Shown here: positions 55,341 through 64,000 of the stretch, piece by piece
How the letters are laid out: the number at the start of each line of letters is the position of its first letter
Position numbering within the stretch: the stretch's first letter is position 1
Origin: Nanobdellota archaeon
GTDB taxonomy: Archaea; Nanobdellota; Nanobdellia; Parvarchaeales; Parvarchaeaceae
Length of the DNA stretch: 64,000 bases
Direction: 5' to 3'
Assembly: GCA_021807085.1 (NCBI GenBank)
Contig: JAKAPM010000002.1
Location: 9,125 to 73,124 of the forward strand
Made by a program: the position numbers and the translations under genes
The notes under the pieces: generated by a model
Told to the model about the DNA's origin: nothing
Databases searched by the model: none
Seen by the model: only the letters and a program-made list of their open reading frames with translations

Positions 55341-55347
55341 TTCTTCA

Positions 55348-55419
55348 AGCCTCTGGCGAGTGATGATCTCGCGACCTTCTGCTTACAAGGCAGACGCTCT
55401 ACCGCTGAGCTACAGAGGC
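55348..55419 (-). tRNA. tRNA-Thr (anticodon UGU), unusual T-loop
   Basis: Acceptor GCCTCTG/CAGAGGC, D-arm GCTC-AGCGGTA-GAGC, anticodon stem TCTGC/GCAGA with loop CTTGTAA, T-stem GCGAG/CTCGC with loop ATCATCA (lacks the usual T54 and A58). Confidence 0.6.
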
Positions 55420-55539
55420 ACAGCGCGCATTCCTATAATAGAATTCTCAGATTTAAATTGCTTCTAAACATCCGGTCAACTTCGCAGCCTGACGGTAGCG
55501 CGGCTATACGAGGAAACCTGGAAAAGTAACGAACCTGCG

Positions 55540-56475
55540 TCACTGCTGGGCGGACTGCGATATCTTGTCCTTTATCTTGTCTATCACGTTCTGCACGTTC
55601 TGCTGCCCGCCGAGCGAAGCTAATCCGGCTGCGGAGAGTCCGGCGACACCTCCGAGCATGCTGCCGGCATTCTGCATGAACTGCATCGGAAGAACTATCT
55701 TGGACGAGCTCGACTCACCCATCTGCTTGAGCGCTTGAAGGTACAGGTACATCACTGACCTGTCGTCCAGTGACTTTCCCCCCTCTCCTATGGCTTCCAT
55801 GACTATCTTCTGGGCGTCCGCCTTGAACCTCTGCGCCTGAAGAAGGTTGGCGGCTATTTCCGGCTGCTGCATCGCCTGTATGACTTCCGAAGGAGGAGCC
55901 ACAGTCCTTATCTGGACTGAAGGGACGTCTATCCCCCACTTCCATGTTGTGTGCCTTATAGCGTCTGCGAGTATGTCATTGAGCTTGTCCAGGTTTCCGA
56001 AGACCTGCCTCATCGTCAGCGATGCTATCGCGTTCCTTATAGACGACTGGACGAGCGTAGAGAGCCCCTGGCCGTAGTTGTCTATCTGGAGGGTCGCTTT
56101 TTCTGGGTCGGTTATTTGGTAGTATATAGTCCCCTCTATCATAAGCTTTATATCATCAGCCGTGAACGCCTCCTGAGAATTCACATCCAGCATCTTGACG
56201 CGGACGTCGACTTTCTTGTACTCCTCCTCGAAGAACGGAACGACTATCGCCCACCCTGGTCCGGCTATCCTGTTGAACTTCCCGAGCCTGAATATTATGC
56301 CCCTCTCGAACTGCGTATATTTCTTGACAGTAGTTATGAAAAACACGGATACAGCCACCGCGAAAAGGACTATCAAAAATACGTAATAAAGGCTCGGTAC
56401 GAATTCGCTAAGGAAGAAGAGTATTATTATGGCCGCGACCCCTATTATGAACGCCCAAAATTCGCCCGGATTCAT
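55540..56475 (-). CDS. SPFH/band-7 (stomatin/prohibitin-family) membrane protein
   Basis: 311 aa. N-terminal TM pair, then SPFH core (IIFRLGKF...VDVRVKML...TADDIKLMIEGTIYYQI) and a coiled-coil tail. Confidence 0.75.
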   Translation of the reverse strand: MNPGEFWAFIIGVAAIIILFFLSEFVPSLYYVFLIVLFAVAVSVFFITTVKKYTQFERGIIFRLGKFNRIAGPGWAIVVPFFEEEYKKVDVRVKMLDVNSQEAFTADDIKLMIEGTIYYQITDPEKATLQIDNYGQGLSTLVQSSIRNAIASLTMRQVFGNLDKLNDILADAIRHTTWKWGIDVPSVQIRTVAPPSEVIQAMQQPEIAANLLQAQRFKADAQKIVMEAIGEGGKSLDDRSVMYLYLQALKQMGESSSSKIVLPMQFMQNAGSMLGGVAGLSAAGLASLGGQQNVQNVIDKIKDKISQSAQQ

Positions 56476-56533
56476 ACTATTAATAGGTGTTATCTGTCTT
56501 TAATAGCTTTTTTGATAATGTATCGGATGCCCG

Positions 56534-57229
56534 TCAGACTAACATGAGACTGGTCGTCAGCCTGTGCGTCACTTCCGCGTATTTCATCAACCCTATATCG
56601 TCGATAGAATCGGTACTGCCTATGTACTTGTTGAATTTAGGAAAGCAGATGCCGTGTTCTAGCCTTCTCCTGCCGTATTTTCCAGCAGGGAGAGCGACGT
56701 CCATCAGCAGCCAGCAGTCGTTCTTGTATGGTACTCCGTTGGCGTCCCTCACGACGAGAGAGGGGTGGAGGTGGCCGAAGCAGACTGTCTTCACGCTCTC
56801 CGCGAGATGTCTGGACGGCATGCTGTGGCCGTGCATGAACCCGACGTCGCCGGATACGAATTCGCGCTCCAAAGACACGTTTCGGAGCCTGTGGGTTAGC
56901 TTTATCAGCCCACCGTCGTGATTGCCCTTAGTTATCACTATCTCGCCGAACCTGTCCGACAGCAGGCTCATGAACCTGAAAAGTATCCCCCCTTCGTCCG
57001 GTTTTATCTCGGCGTAATCGTCCCTTAAGTCGCCGAGTATTATCAGTTTTCTGGAACCGAGCGATATTATTTCGTCCAAAAGCTCCTGCGTCTTGTCCCA
57101 CACGTTGAACCCCTCCGAGCCGAACCTGCGCTCGAAGCCGACGTGAACGTCACCGACGACGGCGTAATCGCCGTAGAACGCGGCTGGGACGCCTTTCCTC
57201 GTCCTGAAAGGGAAGTCCTCCATCTCCAT
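56534..57229 (-). CDS. calcineurin-like metallophosphoesterase
   Basis: 231 aa. GDVHVG, GDLRDD, GNHD, GHLH motifs. Confidence 0.75.
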   Translation of the reverse strand: MEMEDFPFRTRKGVPAAFYGDYAVVGDVHVGFERRFGSEGFNVWDKTQELLDEIISLGSRKLIILGDLRDDYAEIKPDEGGILFRFMSLLSDRFGEIVITKGNHDGGLIKLTHRLRNVSLEREFVSGDVGFMHGHSMPSRHLAESVKTVCFGHLHPSLVVRDANGVPYKNDCWLLMDVALPAGKYGRRRLEHGICFPKFNKYIGSTDSIDDIGLMKYAEVTHRLTTSLMLV

Positions 57230-57278
57230 CCTAATATGAATACGTTAGATATTTTAATCAATATTTACTCCATTAGGT

Positions 57279-59159
57279 ATGGCACCGGTCCTGCACGTTC
57301 TGTCCAAGGACGGCACATTCCTTTTCCGCTTCAACAACGGGGAATTCGGGTCCAAATGGTGCGGGGTATGGGACGGGCCGACTAAATATTTCGACTATTT
57401 CGCTTTCTCGCTGGACGGTGAACCGCTCTCGGAAAGAAACGCGGAAGGCTTCGAATACTACAATTCCCAGTTCTCCAAGATAATCTACAGTACCGGTAGG
57501 GGAAAAGTCGAAGAGGAGGTGGTGTGCACCGACAAAAAGGTCATAATAACCTTGAAACCGAAATTCGCCTGCAGCGTCGCTGCAGAGGTTGGCGTGAATC
57601 TGAGAGACAGGAGCGAGAACTACGTGAAAGGGAAGGTATACGGCACGTCCGCCGTTGAAGACTACAAGATAAGCGCGGAGAACGGGGGCAGGACCGGCTT
57701 CGTGCTCTATGACAGGGGAAGGTTTGAGAAGAAGGAATACTACGGCATACATTCCCCGGGAAGGTACGCCATCGAGAAAGGGTTGACCAAATATATGGAC
57801 GACGGCAGCGTGCAGAACAAATACGTGCCTGGAATAATCTCTGCCGACCTGAAGGAGAGGGAAGAGTTCACAATCATACTCTCGTCGGAGGACATGGACA
57901 GGGACCAGCTGTACAAGGCCGTCAAAAACAGGCTCTACCACAGCAAACAGCACGGGGACCTGATAAACGCCACCGTTTCGGCGTACGGGGGCATGAACTT
58001 CATCGACTCCGACTTCTACAAAGACGTAATAGACGGGATATATTCGTACGCGGACATGATGGGCAAGAAGATATACGCGGGTTTTCCGTATTTCAACCAG
58101 TTCTGGCTGAGGGACGCTTTGATGATCGCTCCGTCGTTCCTATCGATAAACAACACGAAGTTTGTCAGGGACTTGTTGATTGGGATAGCGGCAATGGCGA
58201 CAGACAACGGGCTCCCAAACGTTGCTGATGGCGGCAACTATCCTATGGACGTACCGGCACTGTTCATAATCAACCTGATAAGATATTACAAGTGGACAGG
58301 GGATTCCGCGACGCTAGAAGAGCTGCTGCCTGCCGCTAGAAAGTTAGCAGAGGCGGCGTCGAGGAGAATCGAAGACGGGCTGGTCCACGACAGGGGCAGG
58401 GAGACATGGATGGATTCAGCCGACAGGAGATACTCCTTGGAGATACAGGTGCTGTGGGGAAGGGCGTTCTCCGATATTTCAGAGGTCGCAAAAGACGACG
58501 GCGCTTTCTACAGGCTCTCGAACGGGATACGCGGGGGCCTCAAGAGGTATTATAGGACCGGCCATTTCGCAGACCAGCTGGACGTCGATGTCGACAGCAT
58601 AAACCAGATCTTCCTCCTGCTGTTCGGAGACGCGGACGCACAGACTGGGAAGGAGATACTCAATAACATCGACTCGGAAATGATGACAGACTACGGACCG
58701 ACATCGGTCTCCCAAAAGGACCCGGCATTCTCTCCGAAAGGCTACCACAACGGCGCGATCTGGCCGTTCACGACGTCGGTGTTGGCTGCATGCTCATACA
58801 GGTACGGCAGGATAGATTTAGGACAGAAATGCTTCGACATCCTGCAGAGAAGAAATTTCGGTTCGCAGTGCACCGCCAGGATAAACGAGATATTCCAGCC
58901 GGACGGAGAACCGAAAGGCTGCCCTTCGCAGGCCTGGTCAATCGGGCTGCTGCCGTATCTGATAGACGAATGCGTGCTGGGCATACACGTCGACGTGCCT
59001 AAAGGAAGGATACTTGTGGACGAGCCGCCTATGGACGTTGACATCGACAGGAAGATATACGTGAAGAACAGGGAAGTAGAACTCCGCTTCAGGCAGGGGT
59101 CGCTGTGGTCGAACGCGAAGATGGAAAGAGTAGGCGGTTCTTTTATAGTGAGCCTATAG
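57279..59159 (+). CDS. glycogen debranching enzyme (amylo-alpha-1,6-glucosidase, GDE C-terminal (alpha/alpha)6 barrel; GH133-like)
   Basis: 626 aa. FWLRDALM and GYHNGAIWPF signature segments of the GDE_C family. Confidence 0.7.
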   Translation: MAPVLHVLSKDGTFLFRFNNGEFGSKWCGVWDGPTKYFDYFAFSLDGEPLSERNAEGFEYYNSQFSKIIYSTGRGKVEEEVVCTDKKVIITLKPKFACSVAAEVGVNLRDRSENYVKGKVYGTSAVEDYKISAENGGRTGFVLYDRGRFEKKEYYGIHSPGRYAIEKGLTKYMDDGSVQNKYVPGIISADLKEREEFTIILSSEDMDRDQLYKAVKNRLYHSKQHGDLINATVSAYGGMNFIDSDFYKDVIDGIYSYADMMGKKIYAGFPYFNQFWLRDALMIAPSFLSINNTKFVRDLLIGIAAMATDNGLPNVADGGNYPMDVPALFIINLIRYYKWTGDSATLEELLPAARKLAEAASRRIEDGLVHDRGRETWMDSADRRYSLEIQVLWGRAFSDISEVAKDDGAFYRLSNGIRGGLKRYYRTGHFADQLDVDVDSINQIFLLLFGDADAQTGKEILNNIDSEMMTDYGPTSVSQKDPAFSPKGYHNGAIWPFTTSVLAACSYRYGRIDLGQKCFDILQRRNFGSQCTARINEIFQPDGEPKGCPSQAWSIGLLPYLIDECVLGIHVDVPKGRILVDEPPMDVDIDRKIYVKNREVELRFRQGSLWSNAKMERVGGSFIVSL

Positions 59160-59723
59160 CTTTTTCACGATAGACAGCATCCTCGAGAGGTTCCTCTTGA
59201 ATTCCTTCTCGCTGGAATTGTTGAGTATATAATAGTCAGAGACCGCTATGACTTCGGCAACGCCGTAGCCGAGCTCGAGTTTCTCCCTCCATTCGAATTC
59301 TGAGAGGGACGAGAAATCCTCCTTTGCCCTCTTCCTTCTGACTATCCTTCCGAATCTGACCATCTTGTCGGCTATTATTCCGAGCACAACGGCCGTGTAC
59401 CCTTCCTCGACTATCTCGTTAACTTCGAGTATGTTCCTGGAGCCATCCAGGATTATTGTGTCGCTATTTTCGAATTCCTTCGCGATCTCCTTCTTGACCA
59501 GGTTTATGACGTACTTGTCCCCGAACTTTTTCCTGCGGTCCTTGGCGAAGTTCCTGAGCGTGCGGTTAGTTATTTTCAACCCGAGCCTGTTCATTTCATT
59601 CCTGACGGCGTCGCCCATGCCGACGGAGGGGACTCTCTTAGACGCCAGTATTTTCGCTGCCAGGGACTTGCCGCTGCCGGGCATACCAGTAAGTACTATG
59701 ACTCTCTTGTTTTTCATTTTCAT
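59154..59723 (-). CDS. UPF0200-family P-loop nucleotide kinase-like protein
   Basis: 189 aa. RVIVLTGMPGSGKS...VGMGDAVRNEMNRLGL is the typical UPF0200 N-terminus. Overlaps the upstream signal peptidase gene (ATGA). Confidence 0.6.
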   Translation of the reverse strand: MKMKNKRVIVLTGMPGSGKSLAAKILASKRVPSVGMGDAVRNEMNRLGLKITNRTLRNFAKDRRKKFGDKYVINLVKKEIAKEFENSDTIILDGSRNILEVNEIVEEGYTAVVLGIIADKMVRFGRIVRRKRAKEDFSSLSEFEWREKLELGYGVAEVIAVSDYYILNNSSEKEFKRNLSRMLSIVKKL

Positions 59724-60280
59724 ATATAGCTGGTGATGGTGTACAATAAATACTTGGGGTACCCGAGGTACGGTATAACCTGGCCTACCTTGCCCACGAC
59801 GTTCCCGTACGGGATATTGTATTCGAATGGAAGAGAATACGGATTGGCGTCGCCTTTGGTCGTGTAGTAGTATGCCCCGTTAACGACGGTCACGTTCACG
59901 ACTCTGTGTATTATGTCCTCGCCGGTGCCTTCTACCCTGTATATTATCACGTCACCCACATCTATCTGCGACGGCTGGACCTTGTAAGCGAGGGCGATAG
60001 ATCCCAACGGTATGCCGCCGGGAAAAGGCCAGCTGGAGACTGCCGACATGTTGTACCCGTGCAACTCGAGCCAGTCGTAATAGGTCAGCTGAATAGACGG
60101 GTACGAATGCACCATGCTGCTGGACACCACGGCGCTTATGTAGTCGAGCGGCGACAGGGCGTAAACCGATGGCAGCGCTACGTACGTTACCACGACGTAG
60201 ATTACAATTATATAAAAAAGTATTGAATATACGTTGTTTCCCGACAGCAGGTAAGAGACTGCCCGTTTGGCATCCATCAT
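59720..60280 (-). CDS. signal peptidase I (archaeal S26B/Sec11-type)
   Basis: 186 aa. N-terminal TM, AVVSSSMVHSYPS (catalytic Ser box), GDVIIYRV and HRVV boxes. Confidence 0.7.
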   Translation of the reverse strand: MMDAKRAVSYLLSGNNVYSILFYIIVIYVVVTYVALPSVYALSPLDYISAVVSSSMVHSYPSIQLTYYDWLELHGYNMSAVSSWPFPGGIPLGSIALAYKVQPSQIDVGDVIIYRVEGTGEDIIHRVVNVTVVNGAYYYTTKGDANPYSLPFEYNIPYGNVVGKVGQVIPYLGYPKYLLYTITSYI

Positions 60281-60295
60281 TAGATTTACGCCGAG

Positions 60296-60568
60296 CTATT
60301 TAAAAAGTTTTGCAATCGCCTTCTTGGCATCGTCCAGGTCGCTCTTTGTGTTCGAGAGCACCTTCTTGAACAGCTTATCGACGTCCTTCTCGCCTTTTAT
60401 CACGAATATGGAGGATTTTTCCAGAGGGTGCTCCAAAACGAAGCCTGCGAAGGTTACTCCCTCCGCGTTGTCTGCCTCCTCTTTCAGAAGATTCAGGACG
60501 GATTGGGAGCCTCCCCTAACTCTGAATTTTATTGACTTGTCGTCTTTTTCCAGTACCTCTATTTCCAT
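60296..60568 (-). CDS. rpoL: DNA-directed RNA polymerase subunit L (Rpo11)
   Basis: 90 aa. MEIEVLEKDDKSIKFRVRG...LLKEEADNAEGVTFAGFVLEHPL matches the RpoL/Rpb11 pattern. Confidence 0.8.
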   Translation of the reverse strand: MEIEVLEKDDKSIKFRVRGGSQSVLNLLKEEADNAEGVTFAGFVLEHPLEKSSIFVIKGEKDVDKLFKKVLSNTKSDLDDAKKAIAKLFK

Positions 60569-60605
60569 TTAGTTTAGATAACCCGTTTATTTTAATAGCT
60601 TTCCC

Positions 60606-63600
60606 TCACTCGCATTTGGTGTAACCGCACGATTTGCAGACGAAGCACCCGTTCTCGTAGATAAGAGTGGCCTGGCCGCACTTCGGGCACATGACGGGCT
60701 TTCCGTCGGCGAGCTTGTCGTCATTGTTGAGCACGCCGTGGAGAGTGGCGTTGTCCTTCTCTGGGTTCTTGTTTCTTAGTGTAAGTTCTATACCTTTGGC
60801 CACAGCATCGGGGACGGAGAATATCTGTATGCCGTTGAACCACATTGAGTTCCCTCCTTTTATACCCTTCAGAGTCTTTATTATCCTGACGATGTCACCA
60901 CCGCCTTGCAGATATATACTTATCAGCCTGCCTAGCGCCTCAGTGTAGCTCTTCTGCGCCTCACCGGACCTACCCATGTCTATGAATATCTCTTTTATCC
61001 TGCCGTCCCCGTTCTTGTTGACGGTCAGATACATCGTACCTTCGTTGGTCGGGAGCCGTATGGTCGTCCCGCTCAGAAGGAAAGGCCTGCCTTCGTCCAA
61101 CAGATTCTCCCCTTTTTCCTCGCTTTCTTCGTCTTTAGACTTAAGGATGTCCTGTTTCGACCCTTCTCTGTAGACTGTTATGGATTTACAGCCCATCTCC
61201 CATGCATAGAAATATATTTTGTTGACCGTCTCCTCATCAGCCGATGCGGCGAGGTTTACTGTGGATGATATCGAAGAATCTATATGCTTCTGGATGGTTG
61301 CCTGCATCTTAACCCTGAAGATTGGGTCTATCTTGTGAGCTGTCACGAAAATGTCCGGCAGGTCTTTCTTGTCCTTTATACTGAACTTTTCCATGTACTC
61401 CTTGACTACAGGATCGAACACCTCGAAGTATTCATTCGACAAGGATTCTGACCTTCTTGTGTAGCTGAGCGCGAATATCGGCTCTATCCCTCCGCTTACC
61501 CCAGCCATGGAGGATATGGACCCGGTTGGCGCCACGGTGAGTATACACGCGTTCCTCAGTCCCTGTTTGCGTATCTTATCTTTCAGGGAATCATTGAGCC
61601 TCCCGACGAACTCCCTACCGAGGTGCTTGTCAGCTACGAACGCTGGAAATGCACCTTTCTCCTTTGCTATGTTGGAACTCTCGTCGTAAGCCAGCTCCTT
61701 TACCCTCTTCAATAGGTCGTCCGTGAACTTTACCGCCTCTTCTGTGTCATACCTGAGGCCAAGCTTGACAAACATCGTGGCCATTCCCATTATACCCAGA
61801 CCTATCCTTCTTGCATATACCGTCTCCTCTGCCTGCGCCTTGAGAGCGTGCCTGTCGTAGCTGTAGTCGAGCACATTGTCGAGAAACCTCACGCCGTACC
61901 TTACCGTCTTTTCCAAGTCATCCCAGTTCAGGGATGCTCCCTCAGTGAATTCTCCCGAGACGAAGCTGGAGAGGTTTATTGCGCCTAAATCGCACGCACC
62001 ATAATTTTCGAGGGGCTGCTCCGAACAGTTGTGAACCACGAAACCGTTCGCAACAAACGAATGCGATTTCGTCTCACAGTCATAAACCGGTAATTTTCCA
62101 AGCGGTATGATATCTGTAAGAGGAGTCTCCACATGCGTACTATCCACCCATCTGTATTTTGAACTGAACTGAGTGTTTCCTTTGCCATTCATTCTGTCCA
62201 TCTTATGTATGAGTATACCAACGTGTCTATTTTTATCGGACGAGACAAATCCTATTTCTTTCTTAAATCTTACCAGACTTCTCAAGTCTGTTATATCGAG
62301 AACGTGTATATTCTTCCCCGGCTTATGTCTTTTTGACGTGTGGATTGCTGAGAGTATGCCGAATTTCAGCAGTAGCTGCTGGATCTGCGCTATAAATTTA
62401 GTGGAAACGCTGTCTATAGTCACCCTGTCATAAACGCAAGAGCCATCACTTTCGAAAGCCCTTTTCAGGAAGGCGGCTACTACACTCCTTGGAGATGAAA
62501 GTACTTGTGTAGGAATTTCTACGTCATCGTGATACTTGTTGAGTCCGAAATATTCAATGAATTCTGCCAGATTCTGACCATGCACTGACCAATCCCTGAC
62601 TTTTTTATTCTTCCGCGGTTTTCCATCCTTTGGCTCTGTTCCAAAAACGTTTCTTATAAGATTGGATATATCCGAGTCCTCCTCTTTGTTTATTGAAATT
62701 ATATCTATGAATCTTTCCGCATCCAGAAGTCTGGATTTTTCGCGCTTGTGTGATATCGACACACCACCGGTTAGTATCCACCCTAACAAGCTTCCTATAG
62801 TTTCGTCTATGTAATTCGTGAATTTGAAAATGTTCCTTTTATGGCCGTTTATACTAGCTGGCAGTTCCAAGTACTTCGATGGGAAAACCCCCTCCTTCAC
62901 ACTCACCAGCAACTTGTCGCCCTTCTTCAACTGCCCAATCTCCCTCCACTCGAAGCTGTTTATTTTGCTGGAATTGGCACTGAGCTTTAGAAGAGTCTTT
63001 CCTACGGAGTCTTTTGATATTTCGAGAAGTTTTTTCTTGGATAGTGTTCTCACGTACCTGTATAATGCTTGTACCGATATACCGGTTGATTTTTTGAGGT
63101 CTTTTATAGAAATATGATTATCTTCCCTCAAATTATCCATTATTCTCTTTTCGTTGGGATTTATGCTGGGGCCGGTTCTAGACATTACGTTGTGGTTTGA
63201 TGTTGCACTTAGGTACAGACCGAGGGCCGTGCTGAATTTATATACGTCCTTCACTCCGGTTAACCATACCTTTTTAGCGGTGGTTCTTTCTATTGTATCG
63301 GCCAGGGCAAATTTCTGCTTTGTTTCGAGTTTTGCGATAGGCGTCAACCCATACTCTGTCTGCAGGAAGGTATCACCCAAAAGACACGGATTTGTCCCTT
63401 TGATTGCTATCCTGTCGTCGTATTCTGTAGGGGATTCCCTCTTCATCCTGTCCCAGAACATTATACCAGGGTCGCCAGTGTTCAGGGCGGTCTTTATTAT
63501 CTTCCCCCACAGTTCCTTGGCATTCACTTCCTTCTCGAAGGACACCTTTTCGTTCTTGAACCTGAGCATGAACGGCTTGTCGTCCCTGACAGCTTCCATA

Positions 63601-64000
63601 AAGTTATCGTAGACCTTGACGCTGATGTTCGCGAACCTAACGCTCTTCTTGTCGCTTTTTATCGTAACGAAATCTTCTATGTCGGGGTGTGTGACGTCCA
63701 GGGTTATCATGAGCGCGCCTCTCCTACCAGTCTGCCCTATTATCCCAGTCGTCACCGAGTACAGCTCCATGAACGACGTAGAGCCGGTGGAGAACCTTGC
63801 AGCGTTGTTGACGGCTGCGCCCTTCGGTCTCAGCACAGATATGTCTATACCGACACCCCCGCCGTAGGAGTACGTCCTGGCCATTTCTTTGGCAGTATCG
63901 TATATGTTCTCTATCGAATCCCCTTTTATGGGAAGGTAATAACAATTGAGCAGGGTTGCTCGGTGGTTTGCCCCGGCGCCGAAGAGTATCCTACCGCCAG
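60606..64000 (-). CDS. nrdJ: class II (adenosylcobalamin-type) ribonucleotide reductase NrdJ, intein-containing; N-terminus beyond window end
   Basis: Frame open to 64000. ...NCYYLPIKG...GGGVGIDISVLRPKG, catalytic TNP-C-SEQPL site split by the intein, and a C-terminal zinc ribbon CPKCGQATLIYENGCFVCKSCGY typical of archaeal NrdJ. Confidence 0.85.
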   Translation of the reverse strand, partial: GGRILFGAGANHRATLLNCYYLPIKGDSIENIYDTAKEMARTYSYGGGVGIDISVLRPKGAAVNNAARFSTGSTSFMELYSVTTGIIGQTGRRGALMITLDVTHPDIEDFVTIKSDKKSVRFANISVKVYDNFMEAVRDDKPFMLRFKNEKVSFEKEVNAKELWGKIIKTALNTGDPGIMFWDRMKRESPTEYDDRIAIKGTNPCLLGDTFLQTEYGLTPIAKLETKQKFALADTIERTTAKKVWLTGVKDVYKFSTALGLYLSATSNHNVMSRTGPSINPNEKRIMDNLREDNHISIKDLKKSTGISVQALYRYVRTLSKKKLLEISKDSVGKTLLKLSANSSKINSFEWREIGQLKKGDKLLVSVKEGVFPSKYLELPASINGHKRNIFKFTNYIDETIGSLLGWILTGGVSISHKREKSRLLDAERFIDIISINKEEDSDISNLIRNVFGTEPKDGKPRKNKKVRDWSVHGQNLAEFIEYFGLNKYHDDVEIPTQVLSSPRSVVAAFLKRAFESDGSCVYDRVTIDSVSTKFIAQIQQLLLKFGILSAIHTSKRHKPGKNIHVLDITDLRSLVRFKKEIGFVSSDKNRHVGILIHKMDRMNGKGNTQFSSKYRWVDSTHVETPLTDIIPLGKLPVYDCETKSHSFVANGFVVHNCSEQPLENYGACDLGAINLSSFVSGEFTEGASLNWDDLEKTVRYGVRFLDNVLDYSYDRHALKAQAEETVYARRIGLGIMGMATMFVKLGLRYDTEEAVKFTDDLLKRVKELAYDESSNIAKEKGAFPAFVADKHLGREFVGRLNDSLKDKIRKQGLRNACILTVAPTGSISSMAGVSGGIEPIFALSYTRRSESLSNEYFEVFDPVVKEYMEKFSIKDKKDLPDIFVTAHKIDPIFRVKMQATIQKHIDSSISSTVNLAASADEETVNKIYFYAWEMGCKSITVYREGSKQDILKSKDEESEEKGENLLDEGRPFLLSGTTIRLPTNEGTMYLTVNKNGDGRIKEIFIDMGRSGEAQKSYTEALGRLISIYLQGGGDIVRIIKTLKGIKGGNSMWFNGIQIFSVPDAVAKGIELTLRNKNPEKDNATLHGVLNNDDKLADGKPVMCPKCGQATLIYENGCFVCKSCGYTKCE
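62028..63386 (-). mobile_element. intein (453 aa) with LAGLIDADG homing-endonuclease domain inserted in NrdJ at NP|C...HN|CSEQPL
   Basis: Begins CLLGDTFLQ (block A) and ends GFVVHN followed by Cys. Internal LGWILTGGVSIS and AAFLKRAFESDGS (LAGLIDADG-type) blocks. The insert is AT-rich relative to the flanking extein. Confidence 0.8.

Noticed and set aside
1-64000. Search for CRISPR arrays, rRNA genes and long tandem repeats
   Set aside because: No regularly spaced direct repeats or rRNA-like conserved stretches were seen by eye. The only repeats noted are the pilin N-terminal inverted repeat and the 13-bp att repeat.

Overview
This is an archaeal chromosomal segment. All genes are compact and mostly leaderless, with AT-rich TATA-like boxes about 20-30 nt upstream of start codons. 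Intergenic regions are short and many genes overlap by a few nucleotides. Diagnostic archaeal genes include a thermosome (group II chaperonin), TFB, aIF5B, RpoL, ribosomal proteins L37e, L15e and L35Ae, an Sm-like protein, Trm1, RNase Z, archaeal-type TrpRS and TyrRS, SecD and SecF, signal peptidase, NDK, thioredoxin reductase, SMC, and a class II ribonucleotide reductase interrupted by a 453-aa LAGLIDADG intein. Codon usage is rich in AGG, AGA and ATA and GC is near 50 percent. Together these point to a euryarchaeon, plausibly Thermoplasmata-related, but that is inference only. There are three tRNAs: two Thr isoacceptors and an intron-containing tRNA-Glu. A carbohydrate theme runs through the window: GH57 glucanase, a eukaryote-like GT3 glycogen synthase, a GH133-type debranching enzyme, a sugar-1-P nucleotidyltransferase and three GalT-like HIT-family paralogs. 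The most unusual content is a large repertoire of proteins with archaeal class III (type IV pilin-like) N-termini and no assembly machinery in the window. First, a five-gene operon (13.5-17.0 kb) of Cys/Asn/Ser/Thr-rich extracellular proteins with pilin-like N-helices. Second, four overlapping mini-ORFs (48-63 aa), each a pilin-like N-terminal helix, three of them with an RG cleavage site, directly downstream of an uncharacterised 581-aa protein. Third, several solitary pilins at 17.6, 25.4, 26.1 and 41.3 kb. Fourth, a 1121-aa YVTN beta-propeller protein carrying the same QSALEYMMTYGW pilin N-terminus as the 26.1-kb pilin, and the two N-terminal modules form an inverted DNA repeat. A small AT-rich integrated element of about 2.8 kb sits at the 3' end of the tRNA-Glu gene, with an intact tyrosine recombinase and a 13-bp direct repeat of the tRNA 3' end. 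A GNAT acetyltransferase carrying a zinc-ribbon insert has no in-frame start and overlaps an SD-led 32-codon ORF in the +1 frame, which suggests a frameshift. No CRISPR arrays or rRNA genes were seen.
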